This document shows positions 38,131-51,300 of a stretch of DNA of 64,000 nt, one piece after another; position 1 is the stretch's first letter, and every line of letters begins with the position of its first letter. Source of the DNA: Euprymna scolopes. Lineage: Eukaryota. The DNA is taken from NCBI GenBank assembly GCA_053919585.1, contig CM132792.1. One strand, given 5' to 3'. The notes under the pieces were generated by a model, which was not told the origin of the DNA, made no database searches, and saw only the letters and a list, made by a program, of their open reading frames with translations. The translations under genes and the position numbers were made by a program.

Positions 38131-39116
38131 ATAATGTTCCAGCTGTATATGCATTGCATGCACTAGATCACATTTCAAACACATGGCTCACATGCTGCAT
38201 ATGGCCAACAACCTGTCTCTCTGCAGTCCACAAGGAACAATTTTAAGATCAGCAGTTTCTATTCTGATCCATGAAGAAAACAAAATATTTCCTCTGAGAA
38301 AATAAAAATATACCTTTTCTGTAAGCAATAAATTTGGCAATTCATGTTAGGTAAAGTAAAAATAAGTATCCCATATATATATCAGGGCAAAAACACCCAA
38401 AATTGAAATGGAGGCACACCCTCCCACCACCACCACCAATGTGTGTGTTAGACAAGGCAAAAAATAAAAGAAAAATACAGCTACTTTATTCCCTAAACAA
38501 CCCCAATAAGTTTCAACTAACACCGAGTGCATACAGGGAGAAGGCAGGAAGTATTTCTTTGATAACACAAAAGTCATTTCACACTTCTATCCCCATCATG
38601 AATTGTCTGAGGTCATAACCTTTATAACAAATAGTTTAATTTTTCAGAGATGACTGTCATAAGAGGAAAGGAAGGTAAGACAAAACAGATAGAAAACAGG
38701 AAAAGAGAAAGAAAGATAAAGCAAGAGTCAAGAAGAGAGAACAAGAAATAACATCCAACCAAATACCGATAAAAAAAAAAAAAATAAGGAGGTAAGGCCC
38801 TAGTAATTTGGAACAAATCAGCTTTTCTTATTTAAAAAATAAAAACAGACTTCAACCAATATACAAAAAACTTATATTTCTGTACGATGTTACAAAACTA
38901 AATCTAAAAATGAAATCGGAAATCAAAACTAGAATGGAAATTAAATGATTTAAAGAAAAACATAAACAGATCAACCATTGAATGTTATGGCAAAAAATGA
39001 AAACGAGATTAGAACAAAACTTGAAACTATAAAAAAACCAAAAAATGCCAACAAATGTCATCATCATCATGATCGTAATCATAAGAACAACTGCCTATCT
39101 ATTCCTAGATACTCAC

Positions 39117-39194
39117 CTTTGAGACAGGCACTTGATAAGAAATGTTAACTTTGAACCACTCTTAACAGTGAATTGCTGATGGCTCCTCATCAAC
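39117..39194 (-). CDS. TNRC6: Candidate 78-nt upstream exon with ATG at 39190 (MRSHQQFTVKSGSKLTFLIKCLSQ)
   Basis: Strong sites: ttttttttttcttcag|GTTG ... AAG|gtgagt. Ends in phase 2, in frame with the 24169-24000 exon. Confidence 0.6.
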
Positions 39195-40284
39195 CTGAAG
39201 AAAAAAAAAATATTGAATAGAGGAGCTTCTGTTTATGGAGACGTATTTAAAAGGGCTGCAGAAAGACTGTAGGCCACGTGTGGCTGGTGAGTTCTGTGTT
39301 TGAGACTGGCAAAACTGATATCCGTTTGAGATAAATAATGATGAGATGAAGAAACAGGCAGAGATGAAGTGAAGATGAATTACAAAAGAAAAAGCTAGTC
39401 CTTTCAGAACTACTAAAATGAATTGTGCTTAAATCAAAACCGTTTCATAAAGACCTACAACATCTATATACTGGCTTTTTGTCATAGTGTTAAAGCTGAA
39501 AACAATGATATGGAAGCTGTTCTTACATTCATTGACCTCCAGAAAGCTTTTGATTTAATTGTGTAGAATGTTTCAGAGCCTTAGGGCATACTAGTTATGT
39601 AGGAAAAAAAAATCAAGTAATCTTTGAAAATAAGTCTGCAGTCACCCTCATGCCAAAAGGCAAGCCTAATCAGTTTGCAGTTTGCATATAACGATGATCA
39701 AGGCTCCTCTGGAAAAGTACACTGATCTTTCAAAGTTGGAGATTCTGGTCAGAATGAGCGAATTAGTATCAGTGCACATAAATTTCATAAATGTTTTATC
39801 ATCAATTGATGGATGACTTAAGACATTCTCTTGGCGCTGGCACAATGAACATTCTAGAAAAGTTATCCTGTGGAGTCAAGAGGTCAAACTATGGGTTGTG
39901 AGATCTAATACTAAAATCAAAACTCTTTTGGAGGAGGACACTGGTCTTTTCAGACTGAATTATCTGACTTCAATGAGTGAGCGATCATCATGATGCATGA
40001 ATTTTATGAATGTTTCACCATCAGTTGATGGAGGACTCAAAACAAGAAAAGGAAAAGGTAATTAGAAACTAAAAGACAACACAACTTTCCACAACATTGC
40101 GACAACAGCGAAATCTGAAACAGTTTTTACAATAAAACAGGCAACCAAGTTCCTCAATATTCAACTTTCATCTTATATAAAACCAATAAAATTTATCTTT
40201 CAATATCAATTACTTTCAAACACAATGCTAATAAGTTCATAGTGTTGACAGATTAGAAAGTTCGATGATATCAATTTACAAAAA

Positions 40285-40692
40285 TTGTTTGGAAGTGAAA
40301 CCTGGCCAGTGAGGTTTAAGGACATGTCTTGTTGCATGGAAAGAAATGATATGAGAATGATATGATTGATGATATGAGTCTTAATGACAGGTATAGATCA
40401 GATGACCTCAGAGGAAAATTAAATCTGAACAGTATGCAGATTAGGAAACTTTGATTGTATGGTCACATTGAAAGAATGGATAAGAGTTCTTGGATCAGTA
40501 GAACGGTTAAGAGAGCAAGGCGAGTTGGTAGGGCAAAACTAAGGAAAACACAGAAGTGATAAGGATGGATTTGAGAGATAGAGGGATAAACAAAGACCTG
40601 GTCAGAGATAGGTTAGTTTAGAAGTCAATTTCTAACAGCTGTCTAGTCTAACACATACCAACATGTAAATCATTAAACTGATGACAATGATG
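40285..40692 (+). mobile_element. RTE-like LINE 3' fragment
   Basis: Colinear with the 30880-31262 and 59620-59945 copies (ttgaaagaatggataagagttcttgg). Confidence 0.7.
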
Positions 40693-42555
40693 AAAAAAAA
40701 AACGTTAATTCTGATAAATGAAAATACCAAAAAATAAAGAAAACTGAAAACTACTGATGAAAAGAAAAAAACTTTGAAAAATTGCAGAGAAAAAGACTAA
40801 GTTATTTAAGAAATTCCCAAAATAAATCCTATAATGTTAAAAATAAAACTTAGAAAAAGAAAATAAATGGACTTTTGTTTACAAACATCTTTTGCAAGCT
40901 AAACAGAACATGTTATTGTGGAAGAGGACAGAATGCTGTGGTGCCAAAGTTCATTTTGGTGGCTATGAGAAAGAAAGAGAAATGAACACTTTTATTGCAA
41001 AATTTTCTTTAAATTTAAAACTGAAATTGGAAAATCTATTTTTTCCATATGTGCTCGTTTTATTTAAATAATAAAGAGATACTTTCATTTTGTGCTAACA
41101 CACACACACACGCAAATGGCAAATCATTAGACATCAAAAACACTTTCGGAATCATCAAAGCTAAAAATAAAAAATTTATCAAAAAAAATTTAATTTAAAA
41201 AAAAAAATTCTTTTTGACCTTTTTAAAGCCTTTTGTTTATTTCTATCAATTTCGTGAAACGAATTTGGGACCAAGAAGGCAAGTTATACAATGTTTACAT
41301 TGAGATTACAGGTGTCAAATGATAGCGTAGGGATTAGAAGCACCAACTATCAGCTCAACAGTTGTTATGATGCCAGCTCGAGGCACCTGCTTGGTTAGTC
41401 ACACTGAAGAGCTCTGATACAGCAAAGTTTGTGGATATACATATATCCAGCAAAACATATATAGCAAAATAGTTTGTGGACTATATATATTTCAAGATTT
41501 ATCATAATAATTTACAATCAAAGGAAAACATCAGATTTACAATTCTTCTTCTATTTCTTTAACACCACTTTTCCCTTGTTCAGGGGTTAGATGTTTCCTA
41601 ATATCATGCACGCTTATTCTCCAGTTTTCATGGTTCAGTCTCCAAATTTCCCTCTGTGTAGTCTTGTCTAATAACTTGCTTACAAATTGGCCAGCCAAAC
41701 CTCCTCTGATTTAAGACATTCATGCTTGTGCAACGATGAACATTCCACATGATTAAACAAGGGTTATCAATTCGTCCTCAGGATAAACTTCATACTGGGC
41801 AATTGTAGTGCTTTCAGCAAATCTTCTAACCTTCTGATGTGTTTGGTTTGGTCAGATTGAACATTGCAGATCTATTTGATCATAGATCTGTTATTGTATT
41901 GCAAATGGCCAAGAAAGCGATAAGCTAGAACTCATCATTCACTGCCATATATCATGACACTCTTGATATAAATGTTACACAATTTACCCCGAATGTAGAA
42001 AGGGACAATACGTAATAGTTATCAGTGGCAACAACTCCCCTAAATTCGACCAACCTGCCTTCCCCCTTGTGGCCATACTGAGTTGATATTCATCACCTGA
42101 TAGAAGAAAGAATTTACTACCTCCAGAGTATTATCATCTAGTATCATCTCTTTTGGGGGGGGGGGGCTATCAATAGGATGCGTCTGTCCTATGCATCTTC
42201 TATACTTGAAGTTTTGTGAACCCACAGATTACACAGTACTGCATTGCTTCTGGCACACAAAACAACAATACAGATACATTTCGACTGCTTCCCCAATCAT
42301 GTTGAAAGTCTTCTATAATTTTGAACAAAAGCAAACACCTGCAATTAATGGATAAGTTTCTAGCAGCATCAATAAGTACAAGCAACAAATAAATGTGAAC
42401 AGATATGAGCTTTGGCATTCATTCAATTCCTGATCGAAGATGATAAGATCAAGAAAAATAAAATAGAATTATTTCAAAATGTTTAACCAAATTATTATTT
42501 GAGATTCATCAATAAATCAATGCGAATTTTATTCATTTTCTTGTAGGTCGATTTT

Positions 42556-42580
42556 ACACACACACACACACACACACACT

Positions 42581-42629
<49 letters not shown>
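42556..42629. repeat. (AC)n directly followed by (GT)n microsatellite (self-complementary)
   Basis: Directly visible. Other (TA)n/(CA)n tracts lie at about 4271, 4409, 6704, 9895, 25697, 25953, 26333, 45327 and 60978. Confidence 0.95.
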
Positions 42630-42630
<1 letters not shown>

Positions 42631-42859
42631 ACATAAGACTAAAACTAACAGGAAATACTAATCATACACCAAGGATGGTTTATAACAAGTAAAATGTTTT
42701 GTTTGGATAGATGAATAACATGTACAGACATATTCGCAAGTCAAAATGCAAATTATTCATTTTAACTTGCAAATATATTTTTTAATTCTTTCTGCACATG
42801 CCCAAATTCAATTCATTTCTTCAAGTCGTTTAATATTAGATCTTTCTTACCTATCTCTC

Positions 42860-43100
42860 GATAGCTACATCGGTAGAAGACGCACCTGCAGCATGAAATG
42901 TTTTGGTTCTGATTCTAGCTGATGGCACTCAAGTCATTTGGTTTTTTTTAACTTTTGAAACCACTACTAGGTATGATATAAGATTCAATGGAGAACTGGT
43001 TTTGTAATAAAGACAAAATCAAAAATTTCAAATAAAATTCCAAAGCAAAATGAAGTTGAATATTCAAACATTATTTCAAAATGTGTAATGTTTTTAAATT
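42860..43100 (+). mobile_element. tRNA-derived SINE (family B)
   Basis: tagctacatcggtagaa ... ggttctgattc ... gatggcactcaagtcattt. Another copy at about 53510-53720 (+) and an inverted copy at about 43305-43490. Confidence 0.6.
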
Positions 43101-43158
43101 CTCCTAGAAACAATTTTTTCTTTACTTCAAAACAGACATTAAATCACAGTACAATATA

Positions 43159-43322
43159 ACTTGTTATATAACTTATTTATAGATATATAACATGTATCAC
43201 AGTTAAAAACAACAACAAAATATGGTTAAATATTGTTATATATATATACTTGTTATATAACTTATTTATAGATATATAACATGTATCACAGTTAAAAACA
43301 ACAACAAAATATGGTTAAATAT
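43159..43322. repeat. Direct duplication with 89-bp period
   Basis: acttgttatataacttatttatagatatataacatgtatcacagttaaaaacaacaacaaaatatggttaaatat occurs twice. Confidence 0.9.
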
Positions 43323-43594
43323 ATTTTACTTCATGCAGATTTCGTAGCAAGGTAAATCTCTATTGATTATTATATTGTATGCAATATATAATGATTTCAA
43401 AAGTAAAAAAAAAAAATGACTCAAGTACCATCAGCTAGAATTGAAACCAAAACATTTAGCTCTCCAGGAGTAATAGCTACCATCTGATGCATATCAAAAC
43501 CTTAGAAATTAATGCATGCGTTGAGGATATACATTAAATTGACTTATTCCTGCCAAGTTCTAATTTTTACCTCTTATTCCATTCCATAATATTC

Positions 43595-43625
<31 letters not shown>

Positions 43626-44449
43626 TTCCAGCTAAAAAAAAATCCAATTTATTGCACAAGTCCAAATACCCTATATGTCTGTAGACCAAAAATAGAAAAA
43701 AGTAGTTTGATTGAGACCGTTCCCGAGACAGACATGGTCACATTTATAATACATACAAACAGACTGCCTAACATGGCCCAGTCATAACATACACTTAATT
43801 ATGATATGTTAATTTATGCAGGTTTTGTATTTATTATTATAAAGCCAATAATTTATTGATTATTGTATTGTACCCAGTATATAGCAGTGATTTCAAAAGT
43901 ATATATAGATAATTGAACATACTTTATGTAACAATAATAAAGAAGTTTAAATATTATTTTACTAAGAAAGGTCCCCATTAGTCATTATGAGTGATTACTC
44001 ACATGTAGTAACTTAATGTTTCTTGGAATCTGAATGACAAGTCTCTCCAGATTTCAGCACTTCACCTCTTTTGATAACTGTTGCAAATTACATTGCATAT
44101 TGCAACAGCTGTCTATCTTTGATTTCTAATAGACAATAAGCATTTGACTTCTCTGGAATTGGAGTGAAAATAAGCTTCTCCCAAATTGAGGTCTTAGTAG
44201 TGCTCTCCCTCCTTGATCCGCCATCCTCTGTTACTCTTCATGACCAATTGTTTGGTAACAATCAAAGTTTGTACCACGATTGTTTTATCATCATCATTAC
44301 TAGCAAATATACAGATCGTATTTGCTACTTGTATTACTTATCTTTAGCCAAAGAAAAATCTTTTATATGGATTGTAGGAAACAAAATCTTTAAATTCTTT
44401 TCAATAAACAGAATTTATTGAAAGTTTATAGTAATCCTGATTACAACCA

Positions 44450-44930
44450 CGGTTGCAGAGTCAGGGGTTTGGGAAGGAGTCATAATTGTAACCATGCTAG
44501 AAATCAAAATCGGATTTAAAAATGCTTTTTTGCTTTTTAAATTTTATGGCCCATTAATTCTTGCAGCAACACTAGGTAGATATAGCTAGTTTCAATATAA
44601 AATTAGCAAAACGTTTTTCCTGGTATTTAGATCACTTTCAGGCCGTAATTCTGTTGCCAACGAACCTGGAAATTGCGCAAGAATAGAAAATAAAGCCACT
44701 GGTGAGCAAGACAAAGAAAATTGGTTAAAACAGACGTTAAGATGATTAAAACAAATCACAGGAAATTGTTAGAACATTTTCAGTTGAATGACTAAAAGAA
44801 AATGCTATTTCCCCAAAGAATCAGCAGTCTGTTTGAATTTTGAAAGATTTTAAAATAACGAGCCCAAGTCAGATCTTTTCGAATTCTAGGAGTCACAGTC
44901 TGGCCTTATAACTTTTGACTCTGCAACCTT
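44450..44930. mobile_element. MITE with ggttgcagagtca/tgactctgcaacc TIRs
   Basis: 13-bp perfect TIRs and internal ggagtc motifs. Shorter related copies lie at about 26700-26912 and 34105-34308. Confidence 0.65.
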
Positions 44931-45320
44931 ACTTATAACAAAAATCCTATATATTTGATGAAGTATACTATCCAATCATTTTCTTAATTCAACTCTGAAC
45001 ACCAGTCTAAAATTAAATAAAATGACAAATACAAACAAAATTTTAACATTATTTTAATAAATTTATTGCATCAAATAGTTGTCTAAAAAAATTATAATTG
45101 ATAACTAAAATTAAAAGTTTAGTGGATATATAACGACAATATCCCAATATTAGTCTTAGTTAAAAGTTAGTGAAATATGCTTTTACTCTGTCTTAGAAGG
45201 AGTGATCAAGTTCTCATACAAATCTATAATTAATTCAGCTTTTAGATGTAAGATTCAGGAGATTTTAAAAACAATGTTTAGAAATATGGCAATCAAATTT
45301 TTTTTTACAGGGGGGGGGGT

Positions 45321-45370
<50 letters not shown>

Positions 45371-47950
45371 GATTTCTGCCTTTTGGATTACTTTGGACCA
45401 TCTTTCAATTACGCAACTCCCTTGGATTTACTTGTGGAAATGGAAATTTAACCAACTTTTTTGGATTTTGGATTCTTTGATATTACCATTATTGGATATT
45501 TTACCCTTCACCAAACTATCCAGTCACGTGAAATCACCTTTTTCTTCACCCTATTCCCTCTGCTTCACTATTTGTTACCAAGATCTATGACTTACCTATA
45601 GTTTCATTAAATACTTTTGCAAGCAAAATCCGATCCCGCATTTTGCTAACTCCTACCCTCTGAAGAAAAGGAAAGTATTTCTTCAAAACTCCGCGGATTA
45701 AGGACTATCCACTTATTTTGTGCTTCCTTTTTAAAATTAAATATGTTTTTAACTCTTTTTCATAGTGTTTTTTAACATGTTTTATTAACTACTTGTTCTT
45801 ATATATATATATATATATATATATTTATACCAACTTAATTACACATAAATTAAGCATTTAATAGAAAAATTAATGAATAAAAAATGCTCAATGAAATGTG
45901 AAATGTCTAATTTTAGTAAAGGTTGCAGAGTTGGAAGGTATATGGTCAGATTCCGCCTTCTAATCTAAAAAGGTCTAAAAGAAAATAGCATATATAAAGC
46001 GATGAAGCATCACAGAGAACTGGCCTTGAACATTTTTAAAAATATACTTTTCTATTAATGTCTTTTTTTAACTATGAATTGAGAGGTAAAAAAAAAAATA
46101 TTTGGGATGGAAGTTTCATAGATAACCTCTGCTAATTATAATGTTCAGCATAATTCGTGTTCAAAATATTTAATAATTGACCCAGACTACTATTGGTTAT
46201 TATATTCATGTTTTGGCTGATATAAGCTCTGATCTTCAAGCTCATCTTTTGAAACTTGGAAAGCTTTTGCACCTGAATAAGGTTGGAGATTATATCAAAA
46301 AAGTTGTGAATATAAAACAAGATGAGAATAGTAGTTTTAATAATCCAAATTATCAATTCTTATCTCAAAATTTCTGAAACAATACATGACGTTTATTTTT
46401 TTAACAATTTCTTGGATGTTTGTACAAGTTTTACAATATTATCCTCAACTTAGAACAGATAGTAACAAATGTCAAACACAAATTTTAATTACAATTTTAT
46501 CACCACAGTTTGTTTTATTTTCTTTCTGATGAATCACAAATTATCAAGGCCATTCAAGGATAAAGGTTAATGACATAAAATGATAACCAGTTGACTAGTG
46601 AAGAACATCATGAGAAGATTGAGGATGTTTAAGAGAATGAACAAAGTTTGATTAATTGTGAGGACATTTTATAAGAAGAATCTGCTTACAGATTGAATTT
46701 AAAGATTGTTGTAATCTGTAGAGAAGCAGTCCCATAGCAATGTGTTCCACAAGCAAGAAGCTGTTTTGTAGAAGCTCTGTTCATAGGAATTTTGTCTGAC
46801 GTTAGGCACACAGAAATAAAAAATTAAATATATTCTTCATTGTGGTAACATATTGAGTTCTTGCTGTGAATATTTTACAGAGGCTACCAGAGATTGGACT
46901 CAGTCGAACATAAAAGCAAGCATAGAGTAGATAATCACAAAAGTACAAGGTTGTACAATTTGTAAGAATTTTAAATTGTTTCTATTCAAATAGATTTATT
47001 CTGATTAATACAAAAGTACACGGTTATCGCTAGAAAAAAAGCAGAAATTTTGTTTAAAATTGTGTCTAGTTTATTCATTTCTTTGTTTTTGATATTCACA
47101 TTATGAACTGAGCAGAAAACAACATTCAGACTTTCAAAGGTAAGTGAGAATTTTTTTTCAAAAAGTGTGAATCCGACTTTGGTACTGACAAAAATATTGT
47201 TACCAAATTGTTTTTTTCAATAACAAAACATCAGTCTGATAATGTTGTTGGACCTTTAAAATGAGAAGGTCTTGAAGCAACTGATATTCACTAAAAAAGA
47301 ATGGGTCTAAAAACTTTTCTAAAAGTCATTCTTTGTAAAAAATATAAATAAATTGCATTTGACAATTTTCCGACTTTTTTTTTTTTTTTTTTTACAATCT
47401 GTAGCACACTGCCCATTCCCAATTGAAATAAAAATCTTGAATCAATAACCTAGACATTGTTTATTCTACTGGCCATATGTAATGCATCCAATAATGTAAT
47501 CAAAAAAGCATTGATTAATCATAAAATTAATGGAAATAACTGTTATTGTAACAAGTTTGAATTCTTGCACCATTATGGACCAATTAGATTTTAGCAGACC
47601 AACTGAAGTAGGCAAGGAGATGATCAAATAAAAGGGTATTTCTTACATAATCTAAATAGCTTAATAATAATTTGAACACAAAATTCATATTGATCCCATT
47701 TACAACCCAACTTCTGGCAGCTTCAGATTGGCATTTTCTGACAGATTACGGAAGCAGCCAAAAGATGCTGGAGCAAAGACTGCAATTTAAAATGCAGCAT
47801 TACTTCTTTCTCCATGTTAAGAATGGCTCTCTAAATAGAAAGCCATTCTATAAGTTTTTCTTTCTTTTACTTAAAAATTAGGAGAAAGACATTGCACATA
47901 GAAAGAGACAAGCAATCGTTTTTTGATGAAACAAAAGTTTCATAACTCAC

Positions 47951-48024
47951 CTACCCTCTTCATGAATTGTTTCAAGTCTCAAATCTTCATGGCAAAATTA
48001 ACATTTTTTAGTTTTCAGAAGGAA
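47951..48024 (-). other. Candidate non-coding 5'UTR exon (74 nt)
   Basis: Very long polypyrimidine tract (about 48035-48092 on the minus strand), then gacag|, and donor TAG|gtgagt. Contains a stop in frame with ATG 39190 and three short uATGs. Confidence 0.4.
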
Positions 48025-50519
48025 CTGTCATGTGAAGAAAATGGGAAGGCAAGAAAAAACAGAGAAAGGAAGAGAGAAAAGAAAAAGAAAAACCTAATCA
48101 AATCACAATGAAAAAATAAGAATGTGAGACTATAGTGATTTGGCAGAAACCATTTTTTATTAAAAAAATATGGAATTCTGTTAAAAAAAAAAGATGTTGC
48201 TTAATAAATACACAAATATTTGTAATTATGACATAAGCAGTTCTGACTACAAACACAGAATACACATGACATATCTTACAAGAGCTAAAAAAAAAAAAAA
48301 AAAAGATCCCACCCTTCCCATCTTGAAAATGGGTTTCTAAATAATAACATTATTATTTCAGCATGATACATAAACTAACAAAGTACCATAAAAACAATCA
48401 CTTTGTACATTCAGGCTGTATGGCAAAACTCATGATCCGAGTTGGAAGTGTTTGATGAAACTTGTCGTTGATGATGTAAGCAGTGATTTTTTTCTTGGCT
48501 GTTGATTAATCAACTGTAGCAAAAATGGAACAATCTCTGCTAAGCATAAAAGAAAATGCATTTTTCCAGGCACTGCATTGTGGGAAAATAGTTTATTCAA
48601 GTGCTTACTTTTATAAAACAATTGAGACAATAATCAGTCAAGATATCTCGTGGTGCCTATGGAATATTATAACAAATGGAATAATGCTTTTGAAAATAGG
48701 AAATATGGTATTATACAGTATGGAGCACATACAAAAATCACATTCTAAGTAAGATATTCTTCAATATACAAGAATAAATATCCACACCAAAAAATTAGAA
48801 AAAATTATAAAGTAAAGTTCAATTAAAAATAAGAATCAGTTTTTGAACTTTGCCGATCTGCCATTACTTGATTAAATGATTGACTTATCTCCCCCTGATT
48901 TACATGCATTTCCACTCTTAATGACAGATCAGAAAATATATAACTGATTAATATTCTTTTACTCAACTTATTTTTCCTAATTTTTAGTACAGATACTTAT
49001 TTTTGCCTAATATTGAAAATTTTTTTTACTTGGAATGCAATTTTTAGATGTGTCATATGCTGTATAAGTGCTGAAAACATTCTAAGATCAGAGAAATTAA
49101 CCTTTAAAAAAGATGGACACAGAATGGAATTAATAATTATATGTCAAAGATTTTAAAAGAATCATTAAAATTCAATTATTTGATTCTAAGAAAAAATAAT
49201 GTGTATGAATAAGGATTTGAAATTTTAAAAATCAATAATATGATAAACAATCAGAGAATAGTATGTAGTGGCTTTAAAGAATATCAAATAATTTTAATAT
49301 AAGTTTGAATAATTTTAATCCTGCATATAACCAGAATTGCAGAAATCAGAACATCCAATGCTAACTCATTTAGCTTAAAAATGGCTAAATTTGGCTAAAT
49401 ATTTTATTTCTATCTGACTTTATAGTACCTATTTACTATGCCTCCCCACGGGACAGAGTTAGACACCAGGGTCGTTTTTTAACGTGGAGAAAAGGTACAA
49501 AAATAAAAATTGTCTCAGTCGTGAAGGATTTCTCCTCCACCGAAAGAGAACAAGAAATAGAAGTGCAGCATCTGAAGAACAGATGGTATTTATTTGCTCC
49601 CCCACCGAGCAAATTAGGCACAAGGCCGATTTTTAATGTGAGGAGTGAAGGGAGGGGGAAGGGGAAAAGGGGACCAGCTCCCGAGAGGTGGGAAATGGGA
49701 GCTGGTTAAAGGTCAGACATGTGGGGTTGCCCCCACATCTGGTCTTTGCTAGTCATAACTAGTCATAGCTTGCAGCATCTGCCGGAACAGATGGTGTTTA
49801 TTTGCTCCCCCACTGAGCAAATTAGGCACAAGGCCGTTTTTAATGTGAGGTAAAAACCAGCTCCCCTAAAAGTAGGCAAAAAGGGGGCACTCTGGTTACC
49901 AAAAATAATAATTGTCCCAGTATAGAGGGTTTCCCCTCCATTGACTGGTACAAAATATCTTAAGTGCAGCATCTGTCGGAACAGATACTACACTTTGATC
50001 TTGTCCAGAGTAATAAATGATTTTTATGCAGATAAAATATTATACCAAAAAGTAAGTTTGACCTTTCTATGATCTGGCCAAAAGCCAAAGAAAGGTTTGT
50101 CATAACATTTTGCATTCGAGACATGATTGAACTCAGAAATAATTTCAAAATGGAAAAACTAAATTTGAGCTGTGAGGGGTTAGGTGATATCTCCATCCCT
50201 ACTGCCCACCAAAATTGAAGATGATTCCATTTATTCATATGGTGTTTCAGAGGGTTTATTTACATTAAGCAAATCTTTCTACAAGTTTAAAAACAAGTCT
50301 ATTGGGATAATTTGCAAACAATTTTCATTTACAGTTTGAGTCTTCAGTTGATAATATATATTATATATTTTTATAACTGATTTCAGTAACGAAAAATATC
50401 ACAAACTTTGGACTTCACATTTTAGATAAACTAAAAAAAAAAAAATATTTGTACATTTTTCTCAAATCTGGCAACAATCATTTTTTTTTTTTAGATTGAG
50501 GAATATATCCAAAAATTGT

Positions 50520-51300
50520 TTTCATATATTAGCATCAAAATGGGTGTTACTTAAATCAATAATACAAGTTATTTGAAATACATACACACAATGATTGCCA
50601 CTTGACAGAAGCTTGCCATCTTTTCAGAGTAATGTTGAGTGTCCATAGGTAGCCCTACAACCGAGTTTCACACGTATAATCATTTGCAGACGTATTAGAG
50701 GAACTTACCAGTATTTAGTGGTGCTTGTAGAGGGACCTCATTATGCACCTATGAATGTCATCAGAGAACAAACACCCAAACACAGCTATTTATATGCCTA
50801 CTACCAATAATATATTAAAATAATATTTATGTATATGTAATATCAGTCACAAGATTAATTTACATATTAGTTGTAAAAAAAGATATTTAATTATTTGTTA
50901 CTGTGTTTTTTTAATTGAATGATTGTTTTCATTGTAATTTTACAATTCTGTTTACTCGTATTGCTTTTTTTTTCATGGACAAAGGTTTACAATTTACTGA
51001 GAGATACATTTGATGAACAGATAATTTCAAGAAATGGCCACCTCATTTGTTTGATTATTTTCTTTGGGAATATGTAAAGCCCCATGTCTACACAAATAAA
51101 CAAGACACAATAAACCACTTTGAAGATAACATTTGACATGTTATTGCCAAAATACAGTCTAATTTTTGTGAAAATTGGACCTCTAGATTATACCATATAT
51201 GCACGAGCTCCAGAGCACATGCCAAACTTGTATTTAAATTATAAATGTCAAAAATTAATCTTTGAAATAAACCACATATTTGTATAATAAAATAAATAAC
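50520..51300 (+). mobile_element. Tc1/mariner-superfamily transposon relic (internally deleted)
   Basis: About 51032-51160 translates as KWPPHLFDYFLWEYVKPHVYTNKQDTINHFEDNI*HVIA, matching the WPPRSPDLxPxDyFLWGxvKxxVY transposase C-terminal motif with a deletion. Confidence 0.75.

Noticed and set aside
39420-39600. RT fragment (FIDLQKAFD)
   Set aside because: Probably a LINE remnant, but too short to delimit or classify.
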